Assembly (NCBI GenBank): GCA_963841435.1 | Contig: CAWJCS010000005.1 | Span: 1,472,001 to 1,536,000, forward strand | Direction of reading: 5' to 3' | From: an uncultured delta proteobacterium | GTDB taxonomy: Bacteria > Myxococcota_A > Polyangia > Polyangiales > Polyangiaceae | Length of the DNA: 64,000 bases | Shown here: in pieces, positions 10,230 to 20,668 of the stretch | How the letters are laid out: each line of letters opens with the position of its first letter | Position numbering within the stretch: the first letter of the stretch is position 1 | Program-made: the position numbers and the translations under genes | The notes under the pieces: model-generated | What the model saw: the letters and a program-made list of their open reading frames with translations, nothing else | The model's database searches: none | Told to the model about the DNA's origin: nothing

Positions 10230-10744
10230 ACCGTCGGCGCTAGCAACCGGGGGACGGCCGCGTGGAAAGAGCGGCTTCGGCGACCAGCCAATCTTCAACG
10301 TCGAGTCCGGAGACGCAACCCCGATGTAGCCATCGATAATAAGCGGCGATCGCAATCTCATCGTGAGCAGGTCCATTCGGAAGGGACGCCTCGGCTAGCG
10401 GCCCCGGCCCGCCGACTGGATCGCGTTAGACTCGATCGGTCAACTGCGTGGGCACGTCGGCTCGCTCGTCGAATCCGCTTTGCGCTTCCTATCCGCAGCC
10501 GGACGCCGCAGGCGCTGCGGGAGTTTGCGTCGGCCAGCTGCGGGCAGCACCGGCAGCGCACCCACCGAGATCGATGTCGCAGCGTCGCGCGTTCACCGTA
10601 TGGCTCTCCGAGACAGCTCGTTGGGTCGCCGGCTGAGAGTTTGCCGTCACAGGTCGCTCGCCGCTCCCGGCGCCCTCGCCCGCCACGCCTCGTCCAGCGA
10701 TCACGCCGGCGCCCCAGTCGCCACCCGGGTCCTCGCCGCCACCA

Positions 10745-11026
10745 TTAGTCAGCGTTCTCCGGCCGGCCGAAGAACGCCGCGAGGGCTGTCGTGACGAGCG
10801 TAAGGACCAATAGAATCGGCAGCGCACCATTTGGCCAGAGATAACGCCATGTCACTACTGCAGAGATCAACGCCAATCCGAGCCCGAGTATTGTCGGCAC
10901 GGCACAGAGAAGTACTCCGCGCCTGCTACGCGGCTCGAGTCCCGCGAACGCCATGAGCACCGCCGCCGGTCCAAAGAGCGGCAGACCCAAGACCCAACCG
11001 TAATGGGGCATGGGCATTAGGCCCAC
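10745..11026 (-). CDS. Small membrane protein or fragment
   Basis: Three hydrophobic segments; start uncertain. Confidence 0.4.
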   Translation of the reverse strand: MGLMPMPHYGWVLGLPLFGPAAVLMAFAGLEPRSRRGVLLCAVPTILGLGLALISAVVTWRYLWPNGALPILLVLTLVTTALAAFFGRPENAD

Positions 11027-11497
11027 CAGGCTCTAGAAGAGCGCCACGAGCATGCGCAGGGACCGCCCGCGATGCGACATTCGTATAGGGTACTCTCGGC
11101 CCAGTTCGTCCGGGTCCTTGGAACAGGGCGGGTGTCACGTGATATCGTTCCGAGGACATCGGTAACACATTCCGGAATCGAGACGCCGGCGCCGCGGAAG
11201 CTCGCGGCCACAATCGGTCGTTCGCCAGCGGTTCGGCCCGCAGGCTGAACGCCCCCAAGATCGCGCAACGCCGGATTACGTCAAGGTCCGTGACAGCCCT
11301 ACGGCACTGAAACGCGTTTGGATCGCCTAGTCCCCGGCGCGCGGTGTCGGCTTCGACAACGTCGCTGTGGCACGCCGCGCGCTCGCCCGTGGAGGCGCCC
11401 ACGGGCAATCGTCAGAAGTGGCAGTACACACCCTGATTGGGTAGTGCCGAGTTCCACCTGGGGCTCGGCCCAGGTGAGGTAGTTTGGTCGGCCGTAC

Positions 11498-11768
11498 AGA
11501 CATCACCGGCAATGGCCGAGCGCTCACGAGCTTTCTGCATTGGGTACGACGACTCTGGCGGAAGTGGTTGAGCCGCCGCTCGCGCGACGCTCGCCCTGAC
11601 ATGGGAGCAAATGACGCGAGTGCTCGAACGCTTTCCGCTACCGCCTCCCGTCGTCGTCCACTCGGTGTATCGCGTAGCGAATCCGTGACCTGACGAGCCG
11701 GATGCGGGAAATCTGCAAGTCCGGATCTGTGGGAGCCCCGGAGGAGCGATCCTCCGGGGCCACCCGGC
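11498..11768 (+). mobile_element. Group II intron 3' remnant (maturase tail, domains V and VI)
   Basis: ITGN..L..F...[13 protein letters not shown] then [16 protein letters not shown]; domain V GAGCCGGATGCGGGAAATCTGCAAGTCCGGATC at 11695-11727; domain VI hairpin follows. Confidence 0.9.
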
Positions 11769-11877
11769 CGCCCGCTGATCTTCGTCGCCGCGCAAACTTG
11801 CCCCGGTCATTTGCTGGGCGGCTGCCGGCCGGAACCCTACGTGGCTCCGGGACGGGCATCTAAACCATGACAGCGCG

Positions 11878-12621
11878 CTAGTCGCGCACCAGGTGTACGA
11901 GCGTGCCCGTTGCGATGAAGGTGCCCGTGAGCTCGTTACCGTCGGCGGTGAGCGCGGCGTCCAAGATCTGGGACGGCATATCCCGAACGACGCACCCGTC
12001 CACCGTGCACGAGCAGAGATGGCTCAACTGACAGTAAGCCTGGTTCACGCAGGGCACCTCGACCCGGGTTGCCTCGTCGTCGGCGTCTCCCGCATAACAC
12101 TTGCCGTTCCTCACGCCCCCGCGGCCATCCGGGCTCCTCACGACGCAATCGTACGCGGGTCCCCCCGGAAGGTCCGGGTTGAATACGGGCGTCTGAATCG
12201 CGCACCAGGCGTCGTAGAGCTCTTTCATGACCACCGAGAGTCGGATGCGGCGCGCCTCGACCTTCGCATCGTAGATCGTGTACCGAAAGCCTTCATGGAG
12301 GCCGCGATCGGGCTCGGGTGTGAGCGTGGGCGGGTTGGGGTCCTCGGGATACGCTGCGTTCGGATCCGTGGGCGGTGACACCAGCGGCTGGTCGCCGACC
12401 TCGAGGTAGCCGTGCCCGGACCCGTCGAGCGCGATGCGGACCCGATCCGAACCTGATTCGAATTGCGAAGCTTCGATGTAGCCGTCCCAGAACGCGCCGT
12501 AGTCGCTCAGCGAGTCGCCCGTCTTCGCGCGATTATCCCCGATACTCACCGGATCTCCGCTTGCGCAGCCGAGCGCATTCGTCGCGAGTACCAGAACCAA
12601 ACCGATCGTCTTGTGTTGCAT
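11878..12621 (-). CDS. Cys-containing lipoprotein
   Basis: Lipobox ALGC; RBS GGAGG. Confidence 0.8.
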   Translation of the reverse strand: MQHKTIGLVLVLATNALGCASGDPVSIGDNRAKTGDSLSDYGAFWDGYIEASQFESGSDRVRIALDGSGHGYLEVGDQPLVSPPTDPNAAYPEDPNPPTLTPEPDRGLHEGFRYTIYDAKVEARRIRLSVVMKELYDAWCAIQTPVFNPDLPGGPAYDCVVRSPDGRGGVRNGKCYAGDADDEATRVEVPCVNQAYCQLSHLCSCTVDGCVVRDMPSQILDAALTADGNELTGTFIATGTLVHLVRD

Positions 12622-12672
12622 TGTCTCTTGCCTCCACCGGAACGTGAGTTTCCGGAGGCTCGGCGATCCGTC

Positions 12673-13410
12673 TCACTCGCGGCTCGCGGCGTCGTTGAGC
12701 GCCTTGCACGCCGTCTCGATGCGCGCGCGATAAGCGCTCGAAGCGTAGCGCGCTAGGAAATCCCGAGCGAGCTCCGGCGCCGACGCGGTGCCGAGCTCAC
12801 AATGTGCGATGACGCGTGCTGCTCGTCGCTCCTCGGCGAGCTGGCCGCCCGGCACTTCCCGATCGAGTTCACCGAGCAAGCCGAGCGCAAGCCGTGGATT
12901 ATCGTCGCGGAGCGCGCGTTCCACACGCGTGAGCAGTCGTGTCTCGAGCTCGAGCGGCGACTCGGCGCTCGAGCTCGAAGCGATGCTCGACGGCGCCGGA
13001 GAGAGGGATTTCTCGATGGCACTGCGCCCCGGCCGAGCCGGCGGCGCCGGCAACTCGGGCAGTGGACGGAGCGGGGCGGGCGTCTCGACGCGCGGGACCG
13101 GCATGACGGTCGGCGGCGGGGCAACCACGACGCGCGGAGCGCTGATGACTCGTTCGGCACGACCGGCCCGGAACCCGAGCGCGTAGCCCCCCGCGCCCGT
13201 AGCCGTGGCTAGCGCGAGCGCCGCTACCGGGCGTCCCCAACGCAGCAAGGAGCGCAAAGGCTTCGAGAGCGCCTCCGAATTCGCGTGCGGCATGGTGGCC
13301 GGGACCCGCAGCGCCAGCTGGATGGCGGCGTGCACGCGCTCCGCATCCCCCGACGTTGGAGAAAGCCCGCGGCGTGCGCTCGCGAGCACGGAAGCTTGGT
13401 CCTCGCTCAT
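12673..13410 (-). CDS. Probable anti-sigma factor (single TM, C-terminal TPR-like helices)
   Basis: ATGA overlap with the ECF sigma gene; TM segment, Pro-rich linker, GQLAEER motif. Confidence 0.75.
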   Translation of the reverse strand: MSEDQASVLASARRGLSPTSGDAERVHAAIQLALRVPATMPHANSEALSKPLRSLLRWGRPVAALALATATGAGGYALGFRAGRAERVISAPRVVVAPPPTVMPVPRVETPAPLRPLPELPAPPARPGRSAIEKSLSPAPSSIASSSSAESPLELETRLLTRVERALRDDNPRLALGLLGELDREVPGGQLAEERRAARVIAHCELGTASAPELARDFLARYASSAYRARIETACKALNDAASRE

Positions 13411-14006
13411 GGGTGCTCTCTATGGGCGAGCGCCTGCTGAAAATCAGCACGCGCGAGCCGCAGGCGCGTGTAGGCTGTATTGAGCGGAATGGAAAGGGTG
13501 GTTGCCACATCGGGAATGCTCATCTCCTCGAGCAGAACGAGCATGAACACCTCGCGGCGCTTCGGTTCGAGCTCGTTCAGAAAACGCCGAACGAAGGCCG
13601 CGGCCTCGGCCTCCTCGACGCGCGCAAACGGATCCGGCGTGCGGCTCGCGATTTCGTCATCGAGCGGCTTCGCATGGCCTTTTCGTGCGACGCCGCGGCG
13701 CTGGTTCGACGCGACATTGCGCACGATCCCATAGAGCCAGGTTCGCACGCGGGAGCGCCCCGCAAATTCGGGGAGACGGCGATGAACCACCACGAAAACG
13801 TCCTGCGCCGCGTCGTCGAGCAGCGTCTCTGGAACGCCGAGCCCGCGCAGGCAGCGCCACACGAAAGGAAAGAACTCCGCGTAAATGCTGTCGAAATCCA
13901 GATGCGGGTCGGCGGTAACTCGCGGCGCTGAGGGAGGTGCCACGGAGGAGCTCACAAGACCCGCCTCCATTGAGTCTCCGCCTGGCGCCCAATCCGTCTG
14001 CCTCAC
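13407..14006 (-). CDS. ECF RNA polymerase sigma factor
   Basis: Region 2 DDAAQDVF...TWLYGI; region 4 IPLNTAYTRLRLAR. Confidence 0.92.
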   Translation of the reverse strand: MRQTDWAPGGDSMEAGLVSSSVAPPSAPRVTADPHLDFDSIYAEFFPFVWRCLRGLGVPETLLDDAAQDVFVVVHRRLPEFAGRSRVRTWLYGIVRNVASNQRRGVARKGHAKPLDDEIASRTPDPFARVEEAEAAAFVRRFLNELEPKRREVFMLVLLEEMSIPDVATTLSIPLNTAYTRLRLARADFQQALAHREHP

Positions 14007-14998
14007 CAGAGAAATTCCACGCCGAGGGCGCCACGCACGCTGAGCGCGGCCGGTCGATGCACCGGCTCACCCGCGAGCACGAATTCGGGCCGTTGGAGAG
14101 GCACCGCCACGCCGAGACGGGCCGCAAGCCGGAGCGCGGAGCCCAGTCGAACAGCCGCGCCCGCTTCGAGACGGGCAGCTACCCACAATGCTGTTCCGAG
14201 CTCGGGCTCGCTCACGCCGCGGCCTTCGCCCGAGATTCGACCTAGCTCGAGGCCGCCGCAGCCGAACGGCGCGACGGTCTTCGCATCCGGCCCGAGACAT
14301 CCGAGGAGCGCGCCGCTCAGCAGCCCGAACTCGCCGCTCAGTCCCTCGGGTAGCGCTGCTTTTTGAGGCGCAAAGGCCTCGCCCTGGAGCTCCGCCCGGA
14401 GCCAGCCCCAGCGCACGCCGCCGGCAATTCCCACGCCGACCGCTAACTCGGGCAGCGTAGCCGTATCGATCAGCGCCGCAATCTCGACCACGCCTCCGAG
14501 ACGTGCTGTCGAATGCGCCTGCTCGGCGCTGCTGGGGTCGCGCTCGGGCTCGGCGCGTTGGGGGACGACCGGTGGCGCTGCGGCAGGCTCGCGTGAAGAG
14601 TTTGCTGCCGGGGTTGGCTCGTCCTTCGCGGACGGATCCGGTGCCGCGGCGCGCATGGCCATCGCCATCGCCAGGGCGGCAGCGTCGGCCACTTCGCCAC
14701 AGCTCTTGCCGTTGAGCTCGCGGCGGCTGGTCGCGCCGTGCGTCGTGTGGGTGAGGAGCGTGAGCTCCCACATTTCTCCGGCATGGGAGACGTTCACCTC
14801 GAAATTCGCCTCGGTGACGGTCGCGAAAGGCCGGCCGACGAGCTCTTCGATGCGCGCTTCGACCGCGTCCGCTCGCTCGCAATCCGGCGGCAACGTCCAT
14901 CGGAGCTCCGCCGCCGAGACGGCTTCGGTCCTGCAAAAGAGGAGGGCACCCGCTATGAGCGCGCGCACCCACCGTCCACCGCGCCGTCCGAATCGCAC
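14003..14998 (-). CDS. Exported hypothetical protein upstream of the ECF sigma gene
   Basis: Signal peptide; beta-rich C-terminus ending FLW; GTGA overlap with the sigma gene. Confidence 0.7.
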   Translation of the reverse strand: MRFGRRGGRWVRALIAGALLFCRTEAVSAAELRWTLPPDCERADAVEARIEELVGRPFATVTEANFEVNVSHAGEMWELTLLTHTTHGATSRRELNGKSCGEVADAAALAMAMAMRAAAPDPSAKDEPTPAANSSREPAAAPPVVPQRAEPERDPSSAEQAHSTARLGGVVEIAALIDTATLPELAVGVGIAGGVRWGWLRAELQGEAFAPQKAALPEGLSGEFGLLSGALLGCLGPDAKTVAPFGCGGLELGRISGEGRGVSEPELGTALWVAARLEAGAAVRLGSALRLAARLGVAVPLQRPEFVLAGEPVHRPAALSVRGALGVEFLW

Positions 14999-15439
14999 CG
15001 CCCCGAGCTTACTCGCTCGGCTGCTCGAGACCCAAGGTCGCGAGCAGTTTCCTCCAGAGCTCCGCGATGCTCGCGAGATCGGAGGCGCTCACGCCGATCA
15101 CACGGGGATAGGGCAGGCAAAGTGTCAACCGCTTCGTCAGCGCAGCGCCTCAGTTGACGTAACGGCGGCTCCGCGCTCCAGCCTGCTGGCCGAGCCGCTG
15201 AGCGAATCCAAACGGCGGTACTTCCCGCCGCCAAGGGTTGCCCATGGCACCGCTGCCGGCTGGGGTCGCGGCCAGCTTAGGTGTCAAATGTGTCCGGCGA
15301 CCGAGCGCGGGGGCGGCTCGCCGGCCCGCTGAGCCGAGTGCCACCGCGCCACCGCCTGCTCCGGACGCGCGTACGTTGGAGAGCCAACCGGTGCAGTGCG
15401 CTGGGGCGATCAGCTCGAGCTCGAGCTCGATGCCGAGAG

Positions 15440-15590
15440 CGCCAAGCCCGCTCCGAGGAAAAGATGGGCGTGGCTCTTGAAACATGTGTTCCAGACGGAC
15501 CTCGACACTTGCCCTCGCTGCGGCGGACCGATGCGCTGGATGGAGGCCGCTGCCTCCAAGGAGGCTGCTCGCGAGCTGCCGAATTCTTGA
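15440..15590 (+). pseudogene. IS91/ISCR-family transposase, C-terminal fragment
   Basis: WAWLLKHVFQTDLDTCPRCGGPMR matches the W..LL..VF..D...CP.CGG.M motif. Confidence 0.75.
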
Positions 15591-15729
15591 AGTGCGGCAT
15601 CCTCGAGCAGGGCTGCCGAGAGGGGAAAAGAGCAAGAGGGGAACGGAAGAAGGCCAGTCCCCGCGGGTCTCGTCGAACATCCCCTCCAGAGCAGCGAGCA
15701 GCGAGCAGCGAGCCCCACCCCTTCTTTCG

Positions 15730-16073
15730 CCGTTTTCGTCCTCCAACGTGACGGTCGCGAGCGACGCCGAGTGAACGCGACCGTCGAGCGCCATCGTGTA
15801 GGCGTACACGATGCGTTCGTTCTCGACGATGTCGAGATAGTGCGTCACGTTCGTGTGCTCGCCCGCGCCAGGGCCCTCGTCGAGCACGAAGCTGCCCGTT
15901 TCGCGCCCACCGACGCGAAAGTCGAGTGTGTACTCGCGGCAGTTCCAGCCGGGGCCATCGGAATCGACGAACCAGCGCCGCTTGAGCTCGGGCTTGGCCC
16001 ACGCGGAAAAAACGCGCTCTTTGCGTGCCCGGATGGTGCGGACGAGCGTGAAGCTCTCATGGGTGACGGTCAT
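15730..16073 (-). pseudogene. SRPBCC/AHSA1 family protein, 3'-truncated
   Basis: RVFSAW..PELKRRWF, DFRVGGRE, YLDIVENERIVY; similarity ends at VTLEDENG; RBS GGAG. Confidence 0.8.
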
Positions 16074-16099
16074 TTCCTGGACTCCTTCTCGAGGTAAGG

Positions 16100-16437
16100 G
16101 GTACGAGCATGTTTCCGCAGCATGCGAGGACGAGGCGCTTTCGTATCTCCGCTGCGCCGGAACGCCCGACCTGTGCAGCGACCGCCACATCACGCCAGCG
16201 ATTTGCACGAACGCGGGGAGCTGGTCAGTTGCCATTCAAGAATGGTTCGACGGCTGCTGGTGGAGTGAGGACTGCGACAACCTGCATTACCGAGTGGACT
16301 GTGACGCCGTCGGTGACGGTACCGGCACATCGCTCTGCACATGCGAAGCGAACGAGTCGGGCACCGGCAACCCGCTGGTACCCGGCATCGGCGCCACTGC
16401 CTGCAAGGCAGCCGTCGAGGCATGCGGGTACCAGTGA
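16100..16437 (+). pseudogene. C-terminal fragment of a Cys-rich protein
   Basis: Cys-rich protein-like frame ending EACGYQ*; no credible start. Confidence 0.4.
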
Positions 16438-16784
16438 GCTCGCGTCGTATCGCTGATGATCGCCGCGATCGTCGGATTACGATTCAGGCGCGTCAACGAA
16501 AACTTGCAAGCTGAGAGACATCGCGATTCGGCGTGCGCCGAGTGGATTTCATCTCACTTCTTGCGAGCGCACATCGGCGTGACGCAATCGTCGTAGCAGG
16601 TACGCTTGGGTTCGATGCAAGACGTAGCTTGGACAGCGCCTCGAGCGACGTGAGCTTCCTCGCGCTGCTGCGGCTTCTCAAGGAGACTGGGGCGCCGCCC
16701 CGCGTGGGCCACCGAGAGCTGAGTTCCCTCGTCGCTCGGGGCATGGTCGCGATTCCGGGCACTCGGCGACAAGCGCTCCACTGA

Positions 16785-17435
16785 TCAGTACTCGTGCTCA
16801 GCGTCCGACCCCTGCTTGGTCGCGTTCCAGATCTCGGCGAAGCGATCGCGGACCATCGGATCGAGCTCTGTACCAAGCTCGAGCGGAAGGTGAGCCGCTC
16901 GAATGAGCTCCTGGACGTCCGCGAGATCCTTCAAGCGGTCCGGGTTCGTCATTCCGGAGGCCAGCTTCAGCTCGACCAAGTGACGAAGCGGCAAGACCAT
17001 CACTCCCGACCCGCGGATCGCGACGGAGGGATCCGGGAAAGACACGGGCTTCGGCTTTCCGTCACCCGGATAATCACCAGTCAGAAGCACGTCAATCTTC
17101 ACACCGCGCACCGTGTCCCGCATACCCCGAGAGCCGGGAAATCGCTCGACCCATCCGCGGCCGAGGTGTGCCTCACGGAAAGCGCGGAGGCCGGGTCTCG
17201 TCAACAGGACATCCACGTCGGTCGTCACGCGCTGGTAGCCGTGTGCGTTGAGCGCCATAGCGCCCGCGATAGCGTAGGGGGTCCCGTCGCGTTCGAGCGT
17301 TTCGCACAAGACGCGCATCGCCTCGTGCACCTCATCTTTCGCCATGAAGAACCTTTCCGCGAACCGAGCGGCTTCCCAGAAGCGACTCGCTTGCTCCGCT
17401 GACAGAGCGGCGGGAGCGGCAGATGCGCGGGACAT
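16785..17435 (-). CDS. Pol-beta-like nucleotidyltransferase family protein
   Basis: YAIAGAMAL..HG..R.T.DVDVL motif; C-terminal LK...R.KD.AD. Confidence 0.8.
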   Translation of the reverse strand: MSRASAAPAALSAEQASRFWEAARFAERFFMAKDEVHEAMRVLCETLERDGTPYAIAGAMALNAHGYQRVTTDVDVLLTRPGLRAFREAHLGRGWVERFPGSRGMRDTVRGVKIDVLLTGDYPGDGKPKPVSFPDPSVAIRGSGVMVLPLRHLVELKLASGMTNPDRLKDLADVQELIRAAHLPLELGTELDPMVRDRFAEIWNATKQGSDAEHEY

Positions 17436-17665
17436 CGCTCGATCTTAGCCCGGAGCGGATAGTTCGGCACGGTCGGATGTCGTCGGCCAAGTTGCGCTGG
17501 CGCTTCTCCCGCAGTGGAGCGGACTCGTTGCCCACCCGCTACCCACGCGAAGCGACCATCCCGGTCCGAACAGGCTCGTCGAGTGCCATCACTGCTGAAC
17601 CTCATCCAGCGTGTTTCATGCGAAAACGCGCGTCGTAGCTGCTGTTTCTGAACGAGGCGGCAACC

Positions 17666-17706
17666 GTTTTCAAAACCGGTGCCTTAAACCGCTCGGCCAC
17701 TCCTCC
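17666..17706 (-). pseudogene. 5' half of tRNA-Ser(UGA) (att site remnant)
   Basis: GGAGGAGTGGCCGAGCGGTTTAAGGCACCGGTTTTGAAAAC, then similarity stops; no T arm. Confidence 0.9.
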
Positions 17707-17886
17707 AAGTTTCTGGAGAGACCAGCAAATGTTGTGGATTCGCGCGCGAGCGTCAAGGAGCGGCGCCCGAGCCGGCGAAGTCGGCCCGCGTGCCCAGCGG
17801 CTGCGTCTAGGTTCTACCGAAGACGAACCACCGCCGCAGGGGGCGCACAAAATCCGACTAGACTCTTCGCGCGACGGCGTCGCCCG

Positions 17887-19116
17887 TTACTTCTGGCACA
17901 CGTGGACGTAGTCGATGAGCACTTGCTGCGGGAAGACGGTGGTGCCGTCGGGATCGCCCGGCCAGTCGCCGCCGACGGCCAGATTGAGGATGATGAAAAA
18001 ACCGTGGTCGAAAACCCAGGTCTTGCCGGCGATGTCGGCTGGCGTCTTGGTCGAGTAGAGGTCGTCGTCGACGTACCAACGAATGGCATTGGCTTCCCAC
18101 TCGATGGCGAAGACATGGAAGTCGTCGGAGAAGTGAGCGCCGCCCGGGAGCGTGTAGGAACCCGCTGGTCCGTCCGCCCCCGAATAGCCGGGCCCATGCA
18201 TGGTTCCGTGAGCAATCGAGGGCTCACGTCCCAGGTTTTCCATGATGTCGATCTCGCCGGTGTTCGGCCAGGAATTTCCTCCGAGCATCCAGAACGCCGG
18301 CCACATCCCCTGCCCGTAGGGCAGCTTCATGCGGCCCTCGAACCGCCCATACGTGAAGGTCTTCTTACCCTCCGTCTTGAGGCGTGCGGAGGTGTATTGC
18401 CTACCCTCGCGAGACTCTTTGCGGGCCTCGATGACCAAGTTGCCGTTGCCGTCGAGGAAGGCGTTGGAGGTGCCGGACGTGTAGTCCTGAAGCTCGCCGT
18501 TGTACCAGTTCGGGCCGGTGTCGTAGGTCCACTTGCCCCCATCGACGGCCGCGCCGGAGGCTCCGTCGAAGTCGTCGCCCCAGACGAGCTTCCACGTCGT
18601 ATCGGGGCATCTTGCAGAGGCGACGGCGCCGGTTCCCGCGCTGCCCGCGGCGGCACCACCGTTATTCTGAGCGCCACTCGTGCCGGACGCTCCCCCTGAG
18701 TCCCGCCCGCCGCTCGCCGACGAGCCACCGGGGGACGAGTCGCCTGCTCCCCCGCCGTCGGCGCTGGTCCCGCCACTCGCCACGACGCCGCCCGTGGACG
18801 ATTGACCGCCCACGTCGGTCCCCGCGGTCCCGCCGCTCGCCATGGCGCCACCGGTTGACAGCTGACCGCCCGCGCTACTTCCGCTGCTCGACGAACCGCC
18901 GGTAGCCAATTGGCCGCCTGTGCCACCGCCCGCGCCGGTGCCACCAGTCGGCGTGCCGCCCGCGCCGGTGCCGCCAGTCGGCGTGCCGCCCGCGCTTGTC
19001 TCGGTCCCCCCCGAGCCCGAGCCTCCGCTCGGAGACACGCCGGATCCTTCCGACGCGCAAGCAAGGAGGAGCGCCGGAGCCATTGCGAACAAGAGCGTGA
19101 GCGCACATCGCGGCAT
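17887..19116 (-). CDS. GH16 beta-1,3-glucanase-like lipoprotein
   Basis: WPAFWMLG and GEIDIME; lipobox LLAC; Gly/Ser linker. Confidence 0.9.
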   Translation of the reverse strand: MPRCALTLLFAMAPALLLACASEGSGVSPSGGSGSGGTETSAGGTPTGGTGAGGTPTGGTGAGGGTGGQLATGGSSSSGSSAGGQLSTGGAMASGGTAGTDVGGQSSTGGVVASGGTSADGGGAGDSSPGGSSASGGRDSGGASGTSGAQNNGGAAAGSAGTGAVASARCPDTTWKLVWGDDFDGASGAAVDGGKWTYDTGPNWYNGELQDYTSGTSNAFLDGNGNLVIEARKESREGRQYTSARLKTEGKKTFTYGRFEGRMKLPYGQGMWPAFWMLGGNSWPNTGEIDIMENLGREPSIAHGTMHGPGYSGADGPAGSYTLPGGAHFSDDFHVFAIEWEANAIRWYVDDDLYSTKTPADIAGKTWVFDHGFFIILNLAVGGDWPGDPDGTTVFPQQVLIDYVHVCQK

Positions 19117-19148
19117 CGGAGGCCTCCGGCGCGCCGGGCCTGCGAGCC

Positions 19149-20505
19149 TCACGAGCAAGGCTTTCCAGCCCACGACGCCCGTCGTCGCAGGAAGGCACCC
19201 GCAAGCACGAGAAGGAGCACCGCGCCGCGACCCGATGCACGGCGCGAAGAGCGAGTCGATCCCGGCACGCGACAGCCGCAGCCGCTCGCGTCGTCGGTCG
19301 TGGTGCCATCACCGCCCATGGCCTCAGGACCCCCAGTGCCGAGGTTGCCTGCCATCGGGCTCGCTCCGCCCGAGGGGGCGCCAGCACTGACCCCACCGCC
19401 GCCGGCTGGCAAAGCCGCCGTCCCGCCGGAGCTCGTTGATCCCGAAACTGAGCCTCCAGCGGCCGTTTGACCCCCGTCAGGGCTGGCCGCGCCCGTTCCG
19501 CTCGCTCCACCCGACGTCGCGGTGCTCCCGCTCGCGCCGCCGGACGCGGTCATCCCACCACTGCCAGCGAGAATCGACGGTACCGCCCGTGCCCAACGCG
19601 CCGCCGGCGCTCGAGCCCGCAGCCGCTCCGGCCGCTCCAGCCGTCCCACCGTCACCGCTCGCGCCGCCCGTGCCCGCCGTGCCGCCCATGCCCGCGACAC
19701 CGCCCATGCCCGCCATGCCGCCCATGCCACCCGTTCCACTGCTTGTTCCGGGCATCGCGCCCGCCGGACCGGTTGCGTCGTCGGCAGTCAACGAGAGGAC
19801 GGCGGAGCCGCTCAGGAAATTCACGTTGCGAGGATCGTGGGTCGAGAGGTTCTTCGGTGAGCTCCAGTCGCCCGTTAGCCACCCACTCGGGGCGGTGGAG
19901 CCGTCGAAGTCCTCGCGCCAAGCGGGGGTGAACGTACCGCCCGCGTAGGAGGAGAACTGAACCCAGTCGATGTACTGGTGAACCGGCAGGATGCTGGGGT
20001 TGAAGTTGCCGCCGAACGACGCATCGCCCGGCCAGATGTTGAAATGGATTTGCATGCCGGCGCTCGCGTTCTCCGAGTACGCGGCCGCCGTTGCGCCGGT
20101 CTCCCGCCGAACCTCCGCACCGTCGAGGAACCACGCGATGTAGTCCGCCGTCCACTCGTAGCCATACACGTGAAATCCGCTGCACAGGTCCCCGCTCACC
20201 GTCGGCTTCTGCGTGTGGTTGGCGGAAGGATTGCCGTAGAGGGCGTTGGTCTGAAGCTGACAGGTCGCGCCAATCTTCTCGTAGTCGAGCTCGTTCCAGA
20301 AGGTGCCCGGCTGCTCGGAACCGTCCTTCCACAGAAAGAACGCGCTGACGACACCATCACCGGCCGTGACGCGCATGCGCGCCTCGAAGCGACCGTACCC
20401 GTACGCCGTGCTGGTGTAGAGCTCCGCGCTCTTCGTCGCGCTGGCGACGCGGGGCAGGAGCAAGGCACCAAGGAGGCACAGCGATGCCAGACGGATGCTG
20501 TTCAT
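19149..20505 (-). CDS. GH16 lichenase-like glucanase with MYXO-CTERM tail; apparent frameshift near 19575
   Basis: WNELDYE catalytic motif and signal peptide; second frame gives a Gly linker, then GCGC, a TM segment and RRR. Confidence 0.8.
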
Positions 20506-20668
20506 GCGATCTCTGCTGTTCCTCGGGGAAACACGAGCGCGTGGATGCGCTCGTATAGAAGTAAGTAACCTCTGGGGTCATGCTGGTGTTTGCGTTTCTT
20601 GGGGAATCGCGCGGTCATCACTCAGGTTCGCATGCCCCTTGGCGTCGCGCCCGCCGAAAGCTTCCCGC

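Larger units (their letters stand above)
4947..17710. mobile_element. Decayed genomic island integrated in tRNA-Ser, flanked by 45-bp direct repeats of the tRNA 5' half
   Basis: 4947-4991 matches 17666-17710 with one mismatch; interior holds a recombinase pseudogene, Fic, IS and intron remnants. Confidence 0.85.

Noticed and set aside
17640-17706. Second complete tRNA-Ser
   Set aside because: Similarity stops in the anticodon arm; no variable arm, T arm or 3' acceptor strand
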